DNA of 64,000 nt, taken from the NCBI GenBank assembly GCA_965283875.1, contig CBDIQC010000001.1, positions 106,085 through 170,084 of the forward strand, in the 5' to 3' direction. The notes under the pieces were generated by a model that was not told the DNA's origin, did no database searches, and saw only the letters and a program-made list of their open reading frames with translations. The number at the start of each line of letters is the position of its first letter. Position 1 is the stretch's first letter. Shown one piece after another: positions 1 through 10,528 of this stretch. The position numbers were made by a program, and so were the translations under genes. Origin of the DNA: an uncultured Elusimicrobia bacterium (GTDB lineage Bacteria > Elusimicrobiota > Elusimicrobia > UBA1565 > UBA9628).

Positions 1-922
1 AATGCCGAGAAACGCGGCGGCTTCAGGGCCGAGAAAATCTATCGGGGAAGTCGGGTCGCCGCGAAAGGCGTCGGCGTTACGCTCGGCGGCGCCGCCGGAC
101 CGCGACCCCGCGTCATCTTTCGCGCTCAGAACGCGCAGGCGTCCCCCGCGCGGACCGGGCACTTCGCCGATGAGCCGATACGCGTACGGCAGCTTCGCGC
201 TCTCGCGCCCGCGAGATGAGAGCCGTCGTCCTGCGAGCTCGACCGGCGACGGCACGCCTGGTGCGAGCTGGGCGGCGCCGCGCGCCGTCGCAGGCTGCAA
301 GCTGACCAAGGGAGCCTTCACCTCCGCGCCCGCCGAGACGGCTTCGGACGTCAATTCCTTATGACGGAACGCGCGCTTGAGTTCCTCAAGCCTCGCCTCG
401 ACCGTTCCGGTGACCCGCTCGCCGAGCAGCTCCGCGCGCGCGGCGGACGCGGCCTGCGCCGCGGCGAGCGCCCGGCCGGGCATGTTCTTGTCTAAAACGG
501 GCGCGAGGACCGCGAGCGCGAAAGCGGCGTCGGCGCTCGCCGCCAACTCGGCCCGCGCCTGGTCGCGAGCCGGGCCCGCGGGCATGGCTTGGAGCCGGCT
601 CATCTTGCGCTCCACGTCGAGCACCCCGGCGCGCACCGCGACGGACACGGCGTCGGCGAGACGTCCCTCCTGCTCGGCCGCCAGGATGGAATCGAGCGAG
701 GCGTTCGGCGTCACGCCGAACCCGTTAGCCATGACGCCCGCGAAACTCGCCGCGACGAACGGCTCGCGCAGGTCCAGCTGGAGCTGTCGGCCTAGGTTGA
801 GTCCCGCTGGCGTCTGGGCGAAGGCTTGCCACGCCGCGCGGCCTGTACGGGCGCCCGGGCTACGCCCGCGGCGCCCAGCGAGGGGGGCAACAGGCGACGA
901 GCAGGAGTAAAACGCCCCTCAT
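1..922 (-). CDS. hypothetical secreted protein or lipoprotein, 3' end outside window, one frame break near the 5' end
   Basis: ATG 920-922 gives MRGVLLLLVAC(C), a lipobox-like signal. After a C6 run (~885-895) the only long stop-free minus frame (..AWQAFAQTPAGLNLGRQLQLDL..RLEELKRAF..) runs to position 1, so an indel is implied. No family recognised. Confidence 0.4.
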
Positions 923-969
923 GCCTCCAGTATAACCGCCCCTGGGGCGCTGTCCAGGGGGGCGCGCGT

Positions 970-1641
970 CTAGGGGTTGGTTTCGGCGCGCTCGGCGCCG
1001 TGGCGGATGTCTTTGCCCAGGACCATGAAGACCACGTCCTCGGCGATGTTCGTGGCGTGGTCGGCCACGCGCTCGAGGTTGCGGGCGATGAGGATGATGT
1101 CCATGCCGCGCTGGATGGCCGAGGCGTCGCGCTGCATCAGGTGGACGAGCTCGTTGAACGTCTGGCTCTTGAGCCGGTCCTCTTCGTCGTCGCGCTTGAT
1201 GACCTCGCGCGCCAGCATGACGTCTCCTCGGGAAAAGGCGTCGAGGGAGTCCTTGAGCATCCCGGCCGCGACTTCCACCATGCGCGGGATGTCGCCGAGC
1301 TTGATGCGCGGCTCCTTGCATAGGAACACGCCGGTCTCGGCGATGTTGACGGCCTGGTCGCCGATGCGCTCCAGGTCGGAGTTGATCTTGATGACGGCGG
1401 CGAGCAGCCGCAGGTCGCCGGCCGCGGGCTGGTGCAAGGCGATGAGGCGCAGGGCCACCTCGTCGATCTCGATGTGGAGGCGGTTGACCTCGCTCTCCCA
1501 GGCCTGCACGTTGCCGAGGTAGCTCTCGTCGCGCTCGATGACCACCTTCACCGCGTAGTGGATCATCTCCTCGCACAGGCTGCCCATGCGCAGGATCAGG
1601 CCGCGCAGGCCTTCCAGGTCCGTGTCGAATTGACGTTTCAT
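970..1641 (-). CDS. phoU: phosphate signalling regulator PhoU
   Basis: 223 aa from ATG 1639-1641. It has two PhoU repeats (..NSDLERIGDQAVNIAE.., ..ARNLERVADHATNIAED..). ATGA overlap with the pstB stop. Confidence 0.95.
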   Translation of the reverse strand: MKRQFDTDLEGLRGLILRMGSLCEEMIHYAVKVVIERDESYLGNVQAWESEVNRLHIEIDEVALRLIALHQPAAGDLRLLAAVIKINSDLERIGDQAVNIAETGVFLCKEPRIKLGDIPRMVEVAAGMLKDSLDAFSRGDVMLAREVIKRDDEEDRLKSQTFNELVHLMQRDASAIQRGMDIILIARNLERVADHATNIAEDVVFMVLGKDIRHGAERAETNP

Positions 1642-2486
1642 CAGCCGAACCTCCCCGTGATGTAATCCTCGGTGCGCTTCTCCTTCGGATTGGTGAACAT
1701 GTCGCGCGTGGGGCCGCATTCGACGAGCTCGCCCATGTACATGAAGGCGGTCGTGTCGGAGACGCGCGCGGCCTGCTGCATGTTGTGCGTGACGATGAGG
1801 ATGGTGACGCGGCTCTTGAGCTCGGCCATGAGCTCCTCGATGCGCGCGGTGGCGATGGGGTCCAGGGCCGAGGTGGGCTCGTCGAAGAGCAGCATCTCGG
1901 GCTCGGTGGAGAGAGCGCGGGCCATGCACAGCCGCTGCTGCTGCCCGCCGGAGAGGTTGAAGGCGAGCGAGTCGAGGCGGTCCTTGACCTCGTCCCACAG
2001 CGCGGCGCCGCGCAGGGCCTTCTCGACGCGCTCCTCGATGACGGCGCGGTCGGTCACGCCGCGCACGCGCAGGCCGTAGGCCACGTTCTCGTAGATGGAC
2101 TTGGGGAAGGGGTTGGGCTTCTGGAACACCATGCCGATGCGCATGCGGATCTCGATGGGGTCCACGCCGGGGCCGATGATGTTGATGCCGTCGGGATACA
2201 GGTTGATGGCGCCTTCGTAGGAGTTGCCCGGGTACAGGTCGTGCATCCGGTTGAAGCAGCGCAGGAAGGTGGTCTTGCCGCAGCCCGAGGGGCCGATGAG
2301 GGCCGTGACCTTCTTCTCATACACCGCCAGGCTCACGCCTTTGACCGCGGCATGGTCGCCGTAGCGGAAGGTCAGGCCGCGCGCCTCCGCTTTCAACGCG
2401 GGTTTATCCTCGGCAGGCGCGGGCGTGGAGGAGGGGGTGGTCGGGGCGCTCATGTGCGTGGGCTCGACGACGGGTGATTCTACCAT
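1641..2486 (-). CDS. pstB: phosphate ABC transporter ATPase PstB
   Basis: 281 aa. Walker [10 protein letters not shown], signature [15 protein letters not shown], Walker [12 protein letters not shown], and a typical PstB end EDYITGRFG. Confidence 0.95.
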   Translation of the reverse strand: MVESPVVEPTHMSAPTTPSSTPAPAEDKPALKAEARGLTFRYGDHAAVKGVSLAVYEKKVTALIGPSGCGKTTFLRCFNRMHDLYPGNSYEGAINLYPDGINIIGPGVDPIEIRMRIGMVFQKPNPFPKSIYENVAYGLRVRGVTDRAVIEERVEKALRGAALWDEVKDRLDSLAFNLSGGQQQRLCMARALSTEPEMLLFDEPTSALDPIATARIEELMAELKSRVTILIVTHNMQQAARVSDTTAFMYMGELVECGPTRDMFTNPKEKRTEDYITGRFG

Positions 2487-3400
2487 TTGATCCTCTTGCG
2501 GAAACGGTAACGCAGCCAGATAGCCGCGCCGTTCATGGCCAAGGTCATCGTGAGCAGCACGAGGCCCGCGCCCGCGGCGTTGAGATGGAAGGCCGCCACC
2601 GGGCGCGAGACCCAGTTGAACATCTGGATGGGCAATACGGTGAAGGGGGACATCAGCCACTTGAACGACAGGAAGGGCGCCTCGGCTTGGAGCGGCGCCG
2701 GGGGCAGGAAGGCGATGAAGGCCAGCGCGCCGATGGTGATGAGCGGCGCGCTTTCGCCGATGGCGCGCGAGAGCCCGATGATGACGCCGGTGAGGATGCC
2801 GCCCAGGGAGTAAGGCACGACGTGGTCGCGCGTGGTCTCCCAGCGCGTGGCGCCCAGCGCGAAGGCGGCCTCGCGCAGGTGGCCGGGGATGGCGCGGATG
2901 GCCTCGCGCGTGGCGGTGATGACGATGGGCAAGATGAGCAACGCCAAGGTCAGCCCCGCGGTGAGCACGCTTTGGCCGAAGCCGAAGCGATAGACGAACA
3001 GGCCCAGCGCCATGAGGCCGTACACCACCGACGGCACGCCGGCGAGGTTGGCGATGTTGATCTCGATGAGCTCGGTGAAGCGGTTCTTGGGCGCGTATTC
3101 CTCGAGATAGACGCCCGCACCCACGCCGAGCGGCACGGCCGCGCAGGCGGTGACCAGCATCACCAACGCCGTGCCCACCCAGGCCGACAGGATGCCGGCC
3201 TTCTCCGCATGGCGGGAGGGGAAGGAGGTCAGGAAGCTCCAGGACAGCCGCCCGAAGCCGTCGCCGCCCAGGTCCCACAGCAGCGCGCCGAGGGTGCACA
3301 GCCCCAGCGCCAGCGCCGCCAGCCCCACGCCCGAGAAGGCCAGGTCGTAACGACGGCGGCGCGCGATGCCGGCGCGCACGGCGGCGAGCGCGGCGGTCAA
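2480..3400 (-). CDS. pstA: phosphate ABC transporter permease PstA
   Basis: Multi-TM permease with the loop [27 protein letters not shown]. The probable TTG start 3398-3400 overlaps the pstC stop. The start is uncertain. Confidence 0.9.
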   Translation of the reverse strand: MTAALAAVRAGIARRRRYDLAFSGVGLAALALGLCTLGALLWDLGGDGFGRLSWSFLTSFPSRHAEKAGILSAWVGTALVMLVTACAAVPLGVGAGVYLEEYAPKNRFTELIEINIANLAGVPSVVYGLMALGLFVYRFGFGQSVLTAGLTLALLILPIVITATREAIRAIPGHLREAAFALGATRWETTRDHVVPYSLGGILTGVIIGLSRAIGESAPLITIGALAFIAFLPPAPLQAEAPFLSFKWLMSPFTVLPIQMFNWVSRPVAAFHLNAAGAGLVLLTMTLAMNGAAIWLRYRFRKRIKW

Positions 3401-4320
3401 TAGACCTCCCGGAAACGTTTGCGCAGGAGATGCCCCGCGACGTTGAAGGCCAACGTCATGAGCATCAAGGTCAGCCCGGCCGCGAAGATGGTCTGGTAGC
3501 CGATGCTGTCGTGCGGCAGGTCGCCGAGGCTGACCTGGACGATGTAAGCGGTGATGGTGGCCGCGGGCTGGGTCGGGTCCCAGGTCATCGTCGGCTGCAT
3601 GCCGGCGGCGATGGCCACGACCATGGTCTCGCCGATGGCGCGCGAGATGCCGAGCACGTAGGCCGCGGCGATGCCGGAGAACGCCGACGGCATGACCACG
3701 CCCAGCGCCGTCTGCAGGCGCGTCGAGCCCAGCGCGTAGGCGCCTTCGCGCAGATGCACGGGAACGGCGCGCATCGCGTCCTCGGACAGCGAGCTGATGT
3801 AGGGGACGATCATGACGCCGATGACGAGGCCCGCGCTGAGCATGTTGAAGCCGGGCAGGTCCGGCAGCACGCGCTGGAGCGCGGGCGTCACGAAGAGAAG
3901 CGCGAAGTAGCCGTACACGACCGTGGGCACGGCCGAGAGCAGCTCGAGCATCGGCTTGACCCATTCGCGCACGCGGTGCGGCGCGTATTCGCTGAGATAC
4001 ACCGCCGCGATGGTGCCCACCGGCACGGCGACGAGCAAGGCGACCCCGGTCGTCACCAAGGTCCCGCACACCAGCGGCAGGATGCCGTAACGGGGCTCGG
4101 AGAAAAGCGGCATCCACTGCGTGTCGGTCAGGAAGGTGCCCAGCGGCACCGTACGAAAGAACGGGATGGACTCGATGACGAGGATGCCGACGATGGCCGC
4201 CGTCACGCCGACCGAGGACAACGCCGCGAGCAGGAGCAGCGTCTCCACGACGCGGTCCCTCCTCCTCTTGCGAGCGAGGAGGAGGGAGACCGGCGGCGCG
4301 GCGGGAGCGGAGGCGTTCAG
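3397..4320 (-). CDS. pstC: phosphate ABC transporter permease PstC
   Basis: Permease with the loop [28 protein letters not shown]. There is no ATG near the 5' end; CTG 4318-4320 or GTG 4246-4248 are possible starts. Confidence 0.88.
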   Translation of the reverse strand: MNASAPAAPPVSLLLARKRRRDRVVETLLLLAALSSVGVTAAIVGILVIESIPFFRTVPLGTFLTDTQWMPLFSEPRYGILPLVCGTLVTTGVALLVAVPVGTIAAVYLSEYAPHRVREWVKPMLELLSAVPTVVYGYFALLFVTPALQRVLPDLPGFNMLSAGLVIGVMIVPYISSLSEDAMRAVPVHLREGAYALGSTRLQTALGVVMPSAFSGIAAAYVLGISRAIGETMVVAIAAGMQPTMTWDPTQPAATITAYIVQVSLGDLPHDSIGYQTIFAAGLTLMLMTLAFNVAGHLLRKRFREVY

Positions 4321-5306
4321 AGCTTCGGCTTGCGTTTGAGGAGGTCCTCGACGCGCACGGCCACGTCGGGCGTGCCGCCGAAGCCGGTGCCGAGCTGGCC
4401 CTTGGCGAAACGCTGGAGCGCCAACGCGTAGGCCTTGTCGGTGAGCGGGAGGTATTTGACCTCCTGGGCCAGAGCGCCGACCTTCTTGAGGTAGAACTCG
4501 ACGAAGGCCTTCACCTCGGGCTTGGCGACCGCGGCCGCGCTGACGTAGATGAACAGAGGGCGCGAGAGCGGCGCGTAGGTGCCCTTCTTGACCGAGTCGA
4601 GGGAAGGCAGCACCGCGCCTTTGCCGTTGTTGACCGCGACGGCCTTCATCTTGTCCTGGTTGGGCTCGTAGTAGGCGTAGGGGATGTAGCCCAGCGCGTC
4701 CTTGTCGTTGGCGATGCCCGTGACCAAGGTGTTGTCGTCCTCGGACGCGGTGAAGTCGCCGCGGCTGGCCTTGGACTTGCCGTTGATGGCCTCGGTGAAG
4801 TAGTCGAAGGTGCCGGAGTCCGAGCCCGCGCCGAACAGCTTGAACGGCCGGTCGGGCCAACCCTGGCGGATCTCGCTCCACTTGGTCACCGTGCCCTGCG
4901 CGGCCGGCTCCCACATCTTCTTGAGCTCGGCGACGGTGATGTTCTTGGCCCAGTCGTTTTTAGGGTTGACGGCGACGGTGAGCGCGTCGAAGGCCACGGG
5001 CAGCTCGTAATAGGTCACGCCTTCCTTGGCGCAGGCCTCCATCTCCTGCTTGAGGATGGGGCGCGACGCGTCCTGGACGTCGGTCTCGCCGCGGCAGAAC
5101 TTCTTGAAGCCGCCGCCGGTTCCGGAGATGCCGACGGTGACCTGGACGGCGCCTTTCTGGTCCTTCTGGAACTCCTCGGCGACGGCCTCGGTGAGGGGGA
5201 AGACGGTGCTGGAGCCGTCGATCTTGATAAGGGAAGCGGCATGGGCGGGCACGCCCGAAAGGGCGAGGGCCAGAACGAGCGCGACGGCGCGGCTGATGAG
5301 GTTCAT
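4317..5306 (-). CDS. pstS: periplasmic phosphate-binding protein PstS
   Basis: 329 aa with signal peptide [23 protein letters not shown]. Motifs [19 protein letters not shown] and [17 protein letters not shown] lies 6 nt upstream of ATG 5304-5306. Confidence 0.92.
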   Translation of the reverse strand: MNLISRAVALVLALALSGVPAHAASLIKIDGSSTVFPLTEAVAEEFQKDQKGAVQVTVGISGTGGGFKKFCRGETDVQDASRPILKQEMEACAKEGVTYYELPVAFDALTVAVNPKNDWAKNITVAELKKMWEPAAQGTVTKWSEIRQGWPDRPFKLFGAGSDSGTFDYFTEAINGKSKASRGDFTASEDDNTLVTGIANDKDALGYIPYAYYEPNQDKMKAVAVNNGKGAVLPSLDSVKKGTYAPLSRPLFIYVSAAAVAKPEVKAFVEFYLKKVGALAQEVKYLPLTDKAYALALQRFAKGQLGTGFGGTPDVAVRVEDLLKRKPKL

Positions 5307-5340
5307 TCGATTCTCCTGTCCTTCATGATAACGTCGGCGT

Positions 5341-5369
5341 GTGACGACGGCGTGACGGCCCGGTGACGG
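5341..5369 (-). promoter_or_regulatory. Pho box upstream of pstS (three 7-bp direct repeats at 11-bp spacing)
   Basis: Minus strand reads CCGTCAC-cggg-CCGTCAC-gccg-TCGTCAC. Then come 10 nt, then TATCAT (5325-5330), then the SD and ATG. This is the same geometry as the E. coli CTGTCAT-N4 Pho box that replaces the -35. Confidence 0.6.
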
Positions 5370-5377
5370 CGGGATGC

Positions 5378-6642
5378 CTAGAAGTTGATCTGCGCCTGGA
5401 CGCGCATGCGGCCGCCTTTCTGGCGGTTGCCGCGCGTCGTGTTGTCCTCGTAGGCGCGGTCCTCGAGCGAATAGAGCACGACCAGCTCGAAGGCCTTGTT
5501 CGGCTGCCACTCCGCGCCGCCTTCGACCTGGCGGACCAGGTAACGACGAGCGTCGGTGTCGTGTTTCTTGCCGCCCTGATAATACTGGCCGCGCACGAAC
5601 GGGGTCAGCGTGTGGGCGCCGATTTTGGCCATGTACATGACCTGGGCGTAGCCGCCCTCGAGCCGTTTGAGCTGGATGCGGCGCGTCGTCGCCTCGTATT
5701 CCGGGCCCTCGCCGGCGTTGTATTCGGCCTGGAAGCCGAAGGGCTGGGGATACACGGCCAGGCTGACGGCGGCGCGCCTGTCCACGAACTCGCCGGGGCC
5801 GCCCACGCCGGCGTTGCGCGTCGGAGAGTACCGTCCGGCGTAGCCCTGGACGCTCGTCTCGATGAACTGGCCGCCCGCGAGCTGGAACGGATAGGTGATG
5901 CGGGCCACGACGTGTTGGCTGTCGTTGGCCTCGGGCTTGTTGGCGGTCTGCCCGTTGTACACGCCGACGCCGACCACGCCGTAGTCGCCGGTGCCCTTGA
6001 GGCCGGAGGAGACCAACGAGGAGAAGCGTTTGCGGATGGGGGCCGGCGCCCAATAGACGAAGGCGCCGATGTCGCGCTCGTTGGAGACGGCGCTGTTGAG
6101 CGGGTCGGCCCGGTCCAACGCGAGTCGGTTCTGGCTGGACTGCAGGTTCTCGAAGCCGTAGGGCACCTTGCTCTGGCCCACGCGCACCCGGAACTCCTTG
6201 GCCTCGTCGAGCGCGAGGTCCGCGTAGAGGTCGCGCAGCTGCGTGAAGTGCAGCGAGGTCGCGCTCGCGTCGGTGGCGAAGTCCGGCTGAATATAGAGGT
6301 AAACGCGTTCGTGAATATCGCCGCTGAGCACCAGCCGGGCGCGGCGCGCGAAGAAGCCGCCGTTGGTTCCCAACGATTTATCGCACTGGTCGCACTTGAG
6401 CTCCCCGTTGGTCTCCAAGAGGCGGTTGTAGCGCAGCTGCACGTAGCCGCGCAGCGAGACCTTGTCGTACCAGGCCGGGCCCGACTTCTCGGCCTTGGCC
6501 GGGGCGGCGGGGGCGGGGCGGCGGCCGCCGCCGCTTCGAGCTTGGACAGGCGTTCCCTCAGGTCTTCGATCGACCCGGGTTCGGCGGCGAACGCGGCGGG
6601 CACGAGCAGCGCGGCGGCGACGAACGACAGAATTATTTTCAT
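5378..6642 (-). CDS. phosphate-selective porin O/P family, one frame break between signal/coiled-coil and barrel
   Basis: The barrel frame has ..AKAEKSGPAWYDKVSLRGYVQLRYN.. and a terminal F. The N-terminus MKIILSFVAAALLVPAAFA..EDLRERLSKLEAAAAAAPPPP is in another frame. The indel is implied in the G/C-rich Ala/Pro tract at ~6495-6525. Confidence 0.8.
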
Positions 6643-6687
6643 GGGAAGATGCTACGCAAACCCGGCCCCCATGAGTATGGGGGCCGG

Positions 6688-6716
6688 GTCACTTCCGCAT
6701 GACGAACGCGTGACGG
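6688..6716 (-). promoter_or_regulatory. Pho-box-like repeats upstream of the porin gene
   Basis: Minus strand reads CCGTCAC-gcgt-TCGTCAT-gcgg-AAGTGAC with an 11-bp period. A 13-bp-stem hairpin follows at 6660-6689. TAGCAT lies 6 nt before ATG 6642. Confidence 0.45.
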
Positions 6717-6729
6717 GAACTTAGAGGAA

Positions 6730-8076
6730 TTATGCCGGGACGGCCTCGCCGCTCGGCTCGGGCACCGCGTCGAACCAGCGCCGGAAGACCAGGTAACCCG
6801 CGGTCGCCGTCAACACGGCCGTCAGGAAACCCGCGCCCACGACCATGACGGCGGTGTAGGCCATCAGCGCGAAGTGGCGCTTGTTCTCCGCCCACACCAG
6901 CTTGATCTCCTCGACCTTCACCATGTTGACGGCCACCCACAGCAGGATGCCGCCGATGCTCGACATCGGCACGAGCTCGAGCTGGTTCGCGAGGAAATAC
7001 GCCAGCAGCAGCTTGAGCGTGAACTTCATGATGCCGGCCAACGGGGTGACCGCGCCGAGCTTGATGTTCGTCGCCGTGCGCGCCAACGCGCCCGACAGCG
7101 GCATGCCGTTGAGCATCGGCACGAACAGCTGGATGAGGCCCTGGCCCCAGAACTCGCGGTCCGGGTTGTACGGCGTGCCTTTGTTGTTCGCCAGGCGGTC
7201 GGCCATGCGCGCGGCCAGGATGCTCTCGAAGCCGCAGACGAAGGCGAACGCCACGGAGTAGAAGGCCAGGTCGGCGAGCACGCCCGTGCTCATGGACGGG
7301 AGCGTGGGCGGCGTGAACTGCAGGAAGTCCGTCGGGATCTCGCCGTACTTCGTCTTGACGAGCGTGAGCCCGTCGGCCGCGAAGATCGTCGAGGACAGCC
7401 AGGTAGCCGTGCCCAGCGCGATCAGCGGGGCGGGGATGTAGAGCGAGATGCTCAGCAGGCCGCGGATGAGCATGAAGGTCATCAGCCCGATGAACATGGA
7501 CGAGCCCTTGGCCTGCCCGATGTTGTCGCGGATGATGGCCAGCTTATCGAGAAAGCCGCCCGTGAGCGCCGCCTTGATGCCCAGCACCTCGCCGACCTGG
7601 GTCAGGGCGATGACGACGGCGATGCCGGCGGAAAAGCCCACGACGACGGAGTGCGGCACCAGGTTGCCGTATTTGCCCCAGCCCATCAGGCCCACGAGCA
7701 TGAGGATGGGCCCGGAGACGACGCAGATGAGCACGAGGAACCCGTGGCCCGCGAAGGGGTCCTCGGGCGTGGCGTATTTGCCCATGATGTAGGCGATCGT
7801 CGGAATCAGCGCCGCGACGGGTCCGTAAACGTTGTACTTTGAGCCGGCGAACAACGCCCCTATCAGCCCGGCCACGGCCCCGGCCAGGATGCCGTGTTCG
7901 GGGCGCAGCCCGGAGGCGATGGCGAAGCCCATCGCCATCGGGATGGCCATCATCGCGACGACGAGCCCGGCGCTGGTGTCGCGCAGCGCCACCAAGGGCC
8001 AGTTGTCCTTGTTCATGTCCTCCCAACGGACGTCGAAGGGATTGAGGAAGGATTTGAATCTCTCGATAATCGTCAT
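6730..8076 (-). CDS. SulP-family anion (sulfate/bicarbonate-type) transporter, no STAS domain
   Basis: 448 aa and multi-TM, with a SulP-like N-terminus (..LRDTSAGLVVAMMAIPMAMGFAIASGL..). GGAGA lies upstream of ATG 8074-8076. Confidence 0.85.
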   Translation of the reverse strand: MTIIERFKSFLNPFDVRWEDMNKDNWPLVALRDTSAGLVVAMMAIPMAMGFAIASGLRPEHGILAGAVAGLIGALFAGSKYNVYGPVAALIPTIAYIMGKYATPEDPFAGHGFLVLICVVSGPILMLVGLMGWGKYGNLVPHSVVVGFSAGIAVVIALTQVGEVLGIKAALTGGFLDKLAIIRDNIGQAKGSSMFIGLMTFMLIRGLLSISLYIPAPLIALGTATWLSSTIFAADGLTLVKTKYGEIPTDFLQFTPPTLPSMSTGVLADLAFYSVAFAFVCGFESILAARMADRLANNKGTPYNPDREFWGQGLIQLFVPMLNGMPLSGALARTATNIKLGAVTPLAGIMKFTLKLLLAYFLANQLELVPMSSIGGILLWVAVNMVKVEEIKLVWAENKRHFALMAYTAVMVVGAGFLTAVLTATAGYLVFRRWFDAVPEPSGEAVPA

Positions 8077-8103
8077 GTTAGATCTCCAGGTCGGTGATGC
8101 GGA

Positions 8104-8739
8104 TCAGGCGGCAGGGACCGGCTCGCGCGTCAGGGGCAGGAACTGCCCGCTGGTCGCGTCGTAGGCGAAGACCTGCCCGGTCTCGAACTTGTACACCCAG
8201 CCGTGCAGCTTCATCTTGCCGCAGGCCAGGGCCGCCGCGACCCTCGGGTGCGTGCGGAGGTTCTCGAGTTGGACGAGCACGTTCTCCTCGACGGCCGTGG
8301 TGAGCAGGGCCGCGCCCGTGCGCTCGGCGTATTTGTCGCGCACGATGCGACGCGTCGCGTCGGCGTGGTGCAGCCACGTCTCGACGGCGGGCATATCCTT
8401 AAGAGACTCCGGGTGGAGCATGCCCTTGACCGCGCCGCAATGCGAGTGGCCGCAGAGCACGATGTCCTCCACGCCCAGCGCGGCGATGGCGTATTCGATG
8501 CTCGCCTCCTCGCCGCCGTGGCCCGCGCCGTAAGGCGGGACGATGTTGCCGGCGTTGCGCACGATGAACAGGTCGCCGGGCTCGGTGGAGGTGATGAGGT
8601 TCGGGTTGATGCGCGAGTCGGAGCAGGTGATGAACAGCGCCTGCGGGTGCTGGCCGTCGGCCAGGCGCTCGAAAAGCTCGCGCTGGTCGGCGAAATGCTG
8701 GGACTGGAACTGATGGATGCCTTCGATGAGCTTTTGCAC
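8104..8739 (-). CDS. beta-class carbonic anhydrase
   Basis: 211 aa. Zn-ligand motifs CSDSR and HSHCGA. GTG start with AAGGAG 6 nt upstream. Confidence 0.92.
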   Translation of the reverse strand: MQKLIEGIHQFQSQHFADQRELFERLADGQHPQALFITCSDSRINPNLITSTEPGDLFIVRNAGNIVPPYGAGHGGEEASIEYAIAALGVEDIVLCGHSHCGAVKGMLHPESLKDMPAVETWLHHADATRRIVRDKYAERTGAALLTTAVEENVLVQLENLRTHPRVAAALACGKMKLHGWVYKFETGQVFAYDATSGQFLPLTREPVPAA

Positions 8740-8816
8740 GTGGTTCTCCTTAAAAACGCGCGCGTCAGGGATGCGGGCGCGGGGCGCCCGAACGGCTCGG
8801 GGGGAGGTCCCTTAGA

Positions 8817-9140
8817 TCAGGGACGAGGACGTATTGGGGGAGGCAGGAGCGGCTTCTCGTCGCGCTGATGCGGCCGCGCGGACAGGCCGCGCTCGCGCGG
8901 CGACGGCGCGGGAGCGGGCAGCGTATAGACGAAGGCGGCGGGGTGTTTCGCGTCGTTGTCCTCGGAAGCGGTTTCCGAGGATTCGGGGCACTCGCCTTGC
9001 TCGTCATCGTGCGCCGGCGCCTCGCGCTGCGGCTGCGCGCTCGCCGGCGGCGCGATGAAGGACGCGAGCGCCGGGGCCAGCTGCGAGCCGGCGAGCACGG
9101 CGCACCAAGCGAGGACGGCGAGGAACCGCGAGAGCTTCAT
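8817..9140 (-). CDS. small secreted hypothetical protein
   Basis: 107 aa with signal peptide MKLSRFLAVLAWCAVLAGSQLAPALA and an acidic/Pro-rich mature part. TGTTATAAT lies 10 nt upstream of the ATG. No family recognised. Confidence 0.4.
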   Translation of the reverse strand: MKLSRFLAVLAWCAVLAGSQLAPALASFIAPPASAQPQREAPAHDDEQGECPESSETASEDNDAKHPAAFVYTLPAPAPSPRERGLSARPHQRDEKPLLPPPIRPRP

Positions 9141-9199
9141 CAGCGCGATGATTATAACACGAGCATCCGATGCGCGCAATGACGCCCGCATGACGATTC

Positions 9200-10528
9200 T
9201 TACGCGGCGCGCAACGCGACGGAGAACGTCGAGCCGCCCGGCTGGCGGCTCTCCACCCACACCCGGCCGCCTTGCGCCTCGACGAGGTGTTTGACGATGG
9301 CCAGGCCCAGGCCCGTGCCGCCCGCCTCGCGCGTGCGCGCCTTGTCCACGCGGTAGAAACGCTCGAAGACGCGCGGCAGGTCGGCCTCCGGGATGCCCAG
9401 ACCGCTGTCGCGCACCGCGAAAACGACCTCCGCGCCCTGGGCGCGGGCGGAGACCTCGACGGCCCCGCCGGATTCGGTGTATTTGACGGCGTTGTCCACG
9501 AGGTTGACCAGCACCTGGCGCAACTGGTCCTTGTCGGCCAACACGCGCGGCAGGTCTTCCGGCAGGGTCACGCTCAACGCCACGCCGCGGCCGGCGGCGG
9601 CCGCCCCGAAGTGACGCGCCACCTCGCGCGCCAGCGGGCCCGCCTCGACGGGCGCCAGGCGCGGCGGCCGATGGCCCGATTCGATGGCGGAAAGGTCGAG
9701 CAGGTCGTCCACGAGCTTCGTGAGGCCCTGGGCCTGCTCCTCGATGGTCTTGAGGAACTCGAGGCGGTGCTCCTTGTCGTCCACCGCGCCCTCGCGCAAG
9801 GTCTCGGCATAGCCGCGGATGGAGGACAGCGGCGTGCGCAGCTCGTGGCTCACGTTGGCCACGAAGTCGCGGCGCATCTGCTCGAGGCGGCGCAGGCGGG
9901 TGATGTCGTGCAAGACGACCAAGGCGCCCGTCGGCTGGCCCGCGTCGAGAAGCGGAACCGCGTAAGCGTCGAAGACGAGCTCGTCAGGCGCGAACAAGCG
10001 CAGCTCGCGCGAGAGGCGCTCCTTGCGCTCGAGCACGACGCCCAACAGCGAGACGAGGCCGTGATGGCGCAGGCTCTCGAGATACGAACGGCCGCGCGCG
10101 TTCTCCGCGTCCACGCCCAGGAGCTTCGAAAGCGCCGCGTTGACCAGGATGACGCGCCCGGCGCTGTCCACGGCCACGACGCCTTCCGTCATCTGCCCGA
10201 GGATGGCCGACAGCTGCGCTTCGTCGCGCGTCCAAGCGCCCACGGCCACGAGCAGGCCTTCATGCAGTTCGCCGAGCGCCTGCGTCAAGGCGTCGCCGCC
10301 CGGCGGACGAGCTCCCTCGTCTCCCGCGGCCCAACGGCGAACGACGAGCGAATGAGCGGCCAGGCGCGCGTCGAAGGCGAGGCCGACCGCCAACGCCGCC
10401 GCCGCGACGAGCGCGACGACGGCGAGCGCGGCCCACGGTCTGGACGCGGACAGCACCGCGGCCGCGGCGAGGGGGGCGCACACGAGGGCCGCGAACAACG
10501 CGGCCCGGCGGCCCGGGAACGCGCGCAT
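9200..10528 (-). CDS. phoR: sensor histidine kinase, PhoR-like
   Basis: 442 aa with 2 TM, a PAS-like segment, H-box SHELRTPLSSIRGY and an HATPase domain (GTGLGLAIVKHLVEAQGG). ATGA overlap with phoB. Confidence 0.85.
   Translation of the reverse strand: MRAFPGRRAALFAALVCAPLAAAAVLSASRPWAALAVVALVAAAALAVGLAFDARLAAHSLVVRRWAAGDEGARPPGGDALTQALGELHEGLLVAVGAWTRDEAQLSAILGQMTEGVVAVDSAGRVILVNAALSKLLGVDAENARGRSYLESLRHHGLVSLLGVVLERKERLSRELRLFAPDELVFDAYAVPLLDAGQPTGALVVLHDITRLRRLEQMRRDFVANVSHELRTPLSSIRGYAETLREGAVDDKEHRLEFLKTIEEQAQGLTKLVDDLLDLSAIESGHRPPRLAPVEAGPLAREVARHFGAAAAGRGVALSVTLPEDLPRVLADKDQLRQVLVNLVDNAVKYTESGGAVEVSARAQGAEVVFAVRDSGLGIPEADLPRVFERFYRVDKARTREAGGTGLGLAIVKHLVEAQGGRVWVESRQPGGSTFSVALRAA

Noticed and set aside
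6495-6525. Frameshift in the G/C-rich Ala/Pro tract of the porin, considered as a phase-variation switch.
   Set aside because: The tract is not a long simple homopolymer or a perfect SSR. Equivalent 1-nt breaks occur in about 20 unrelated genes, so a general consensus error is the simpler explanation.
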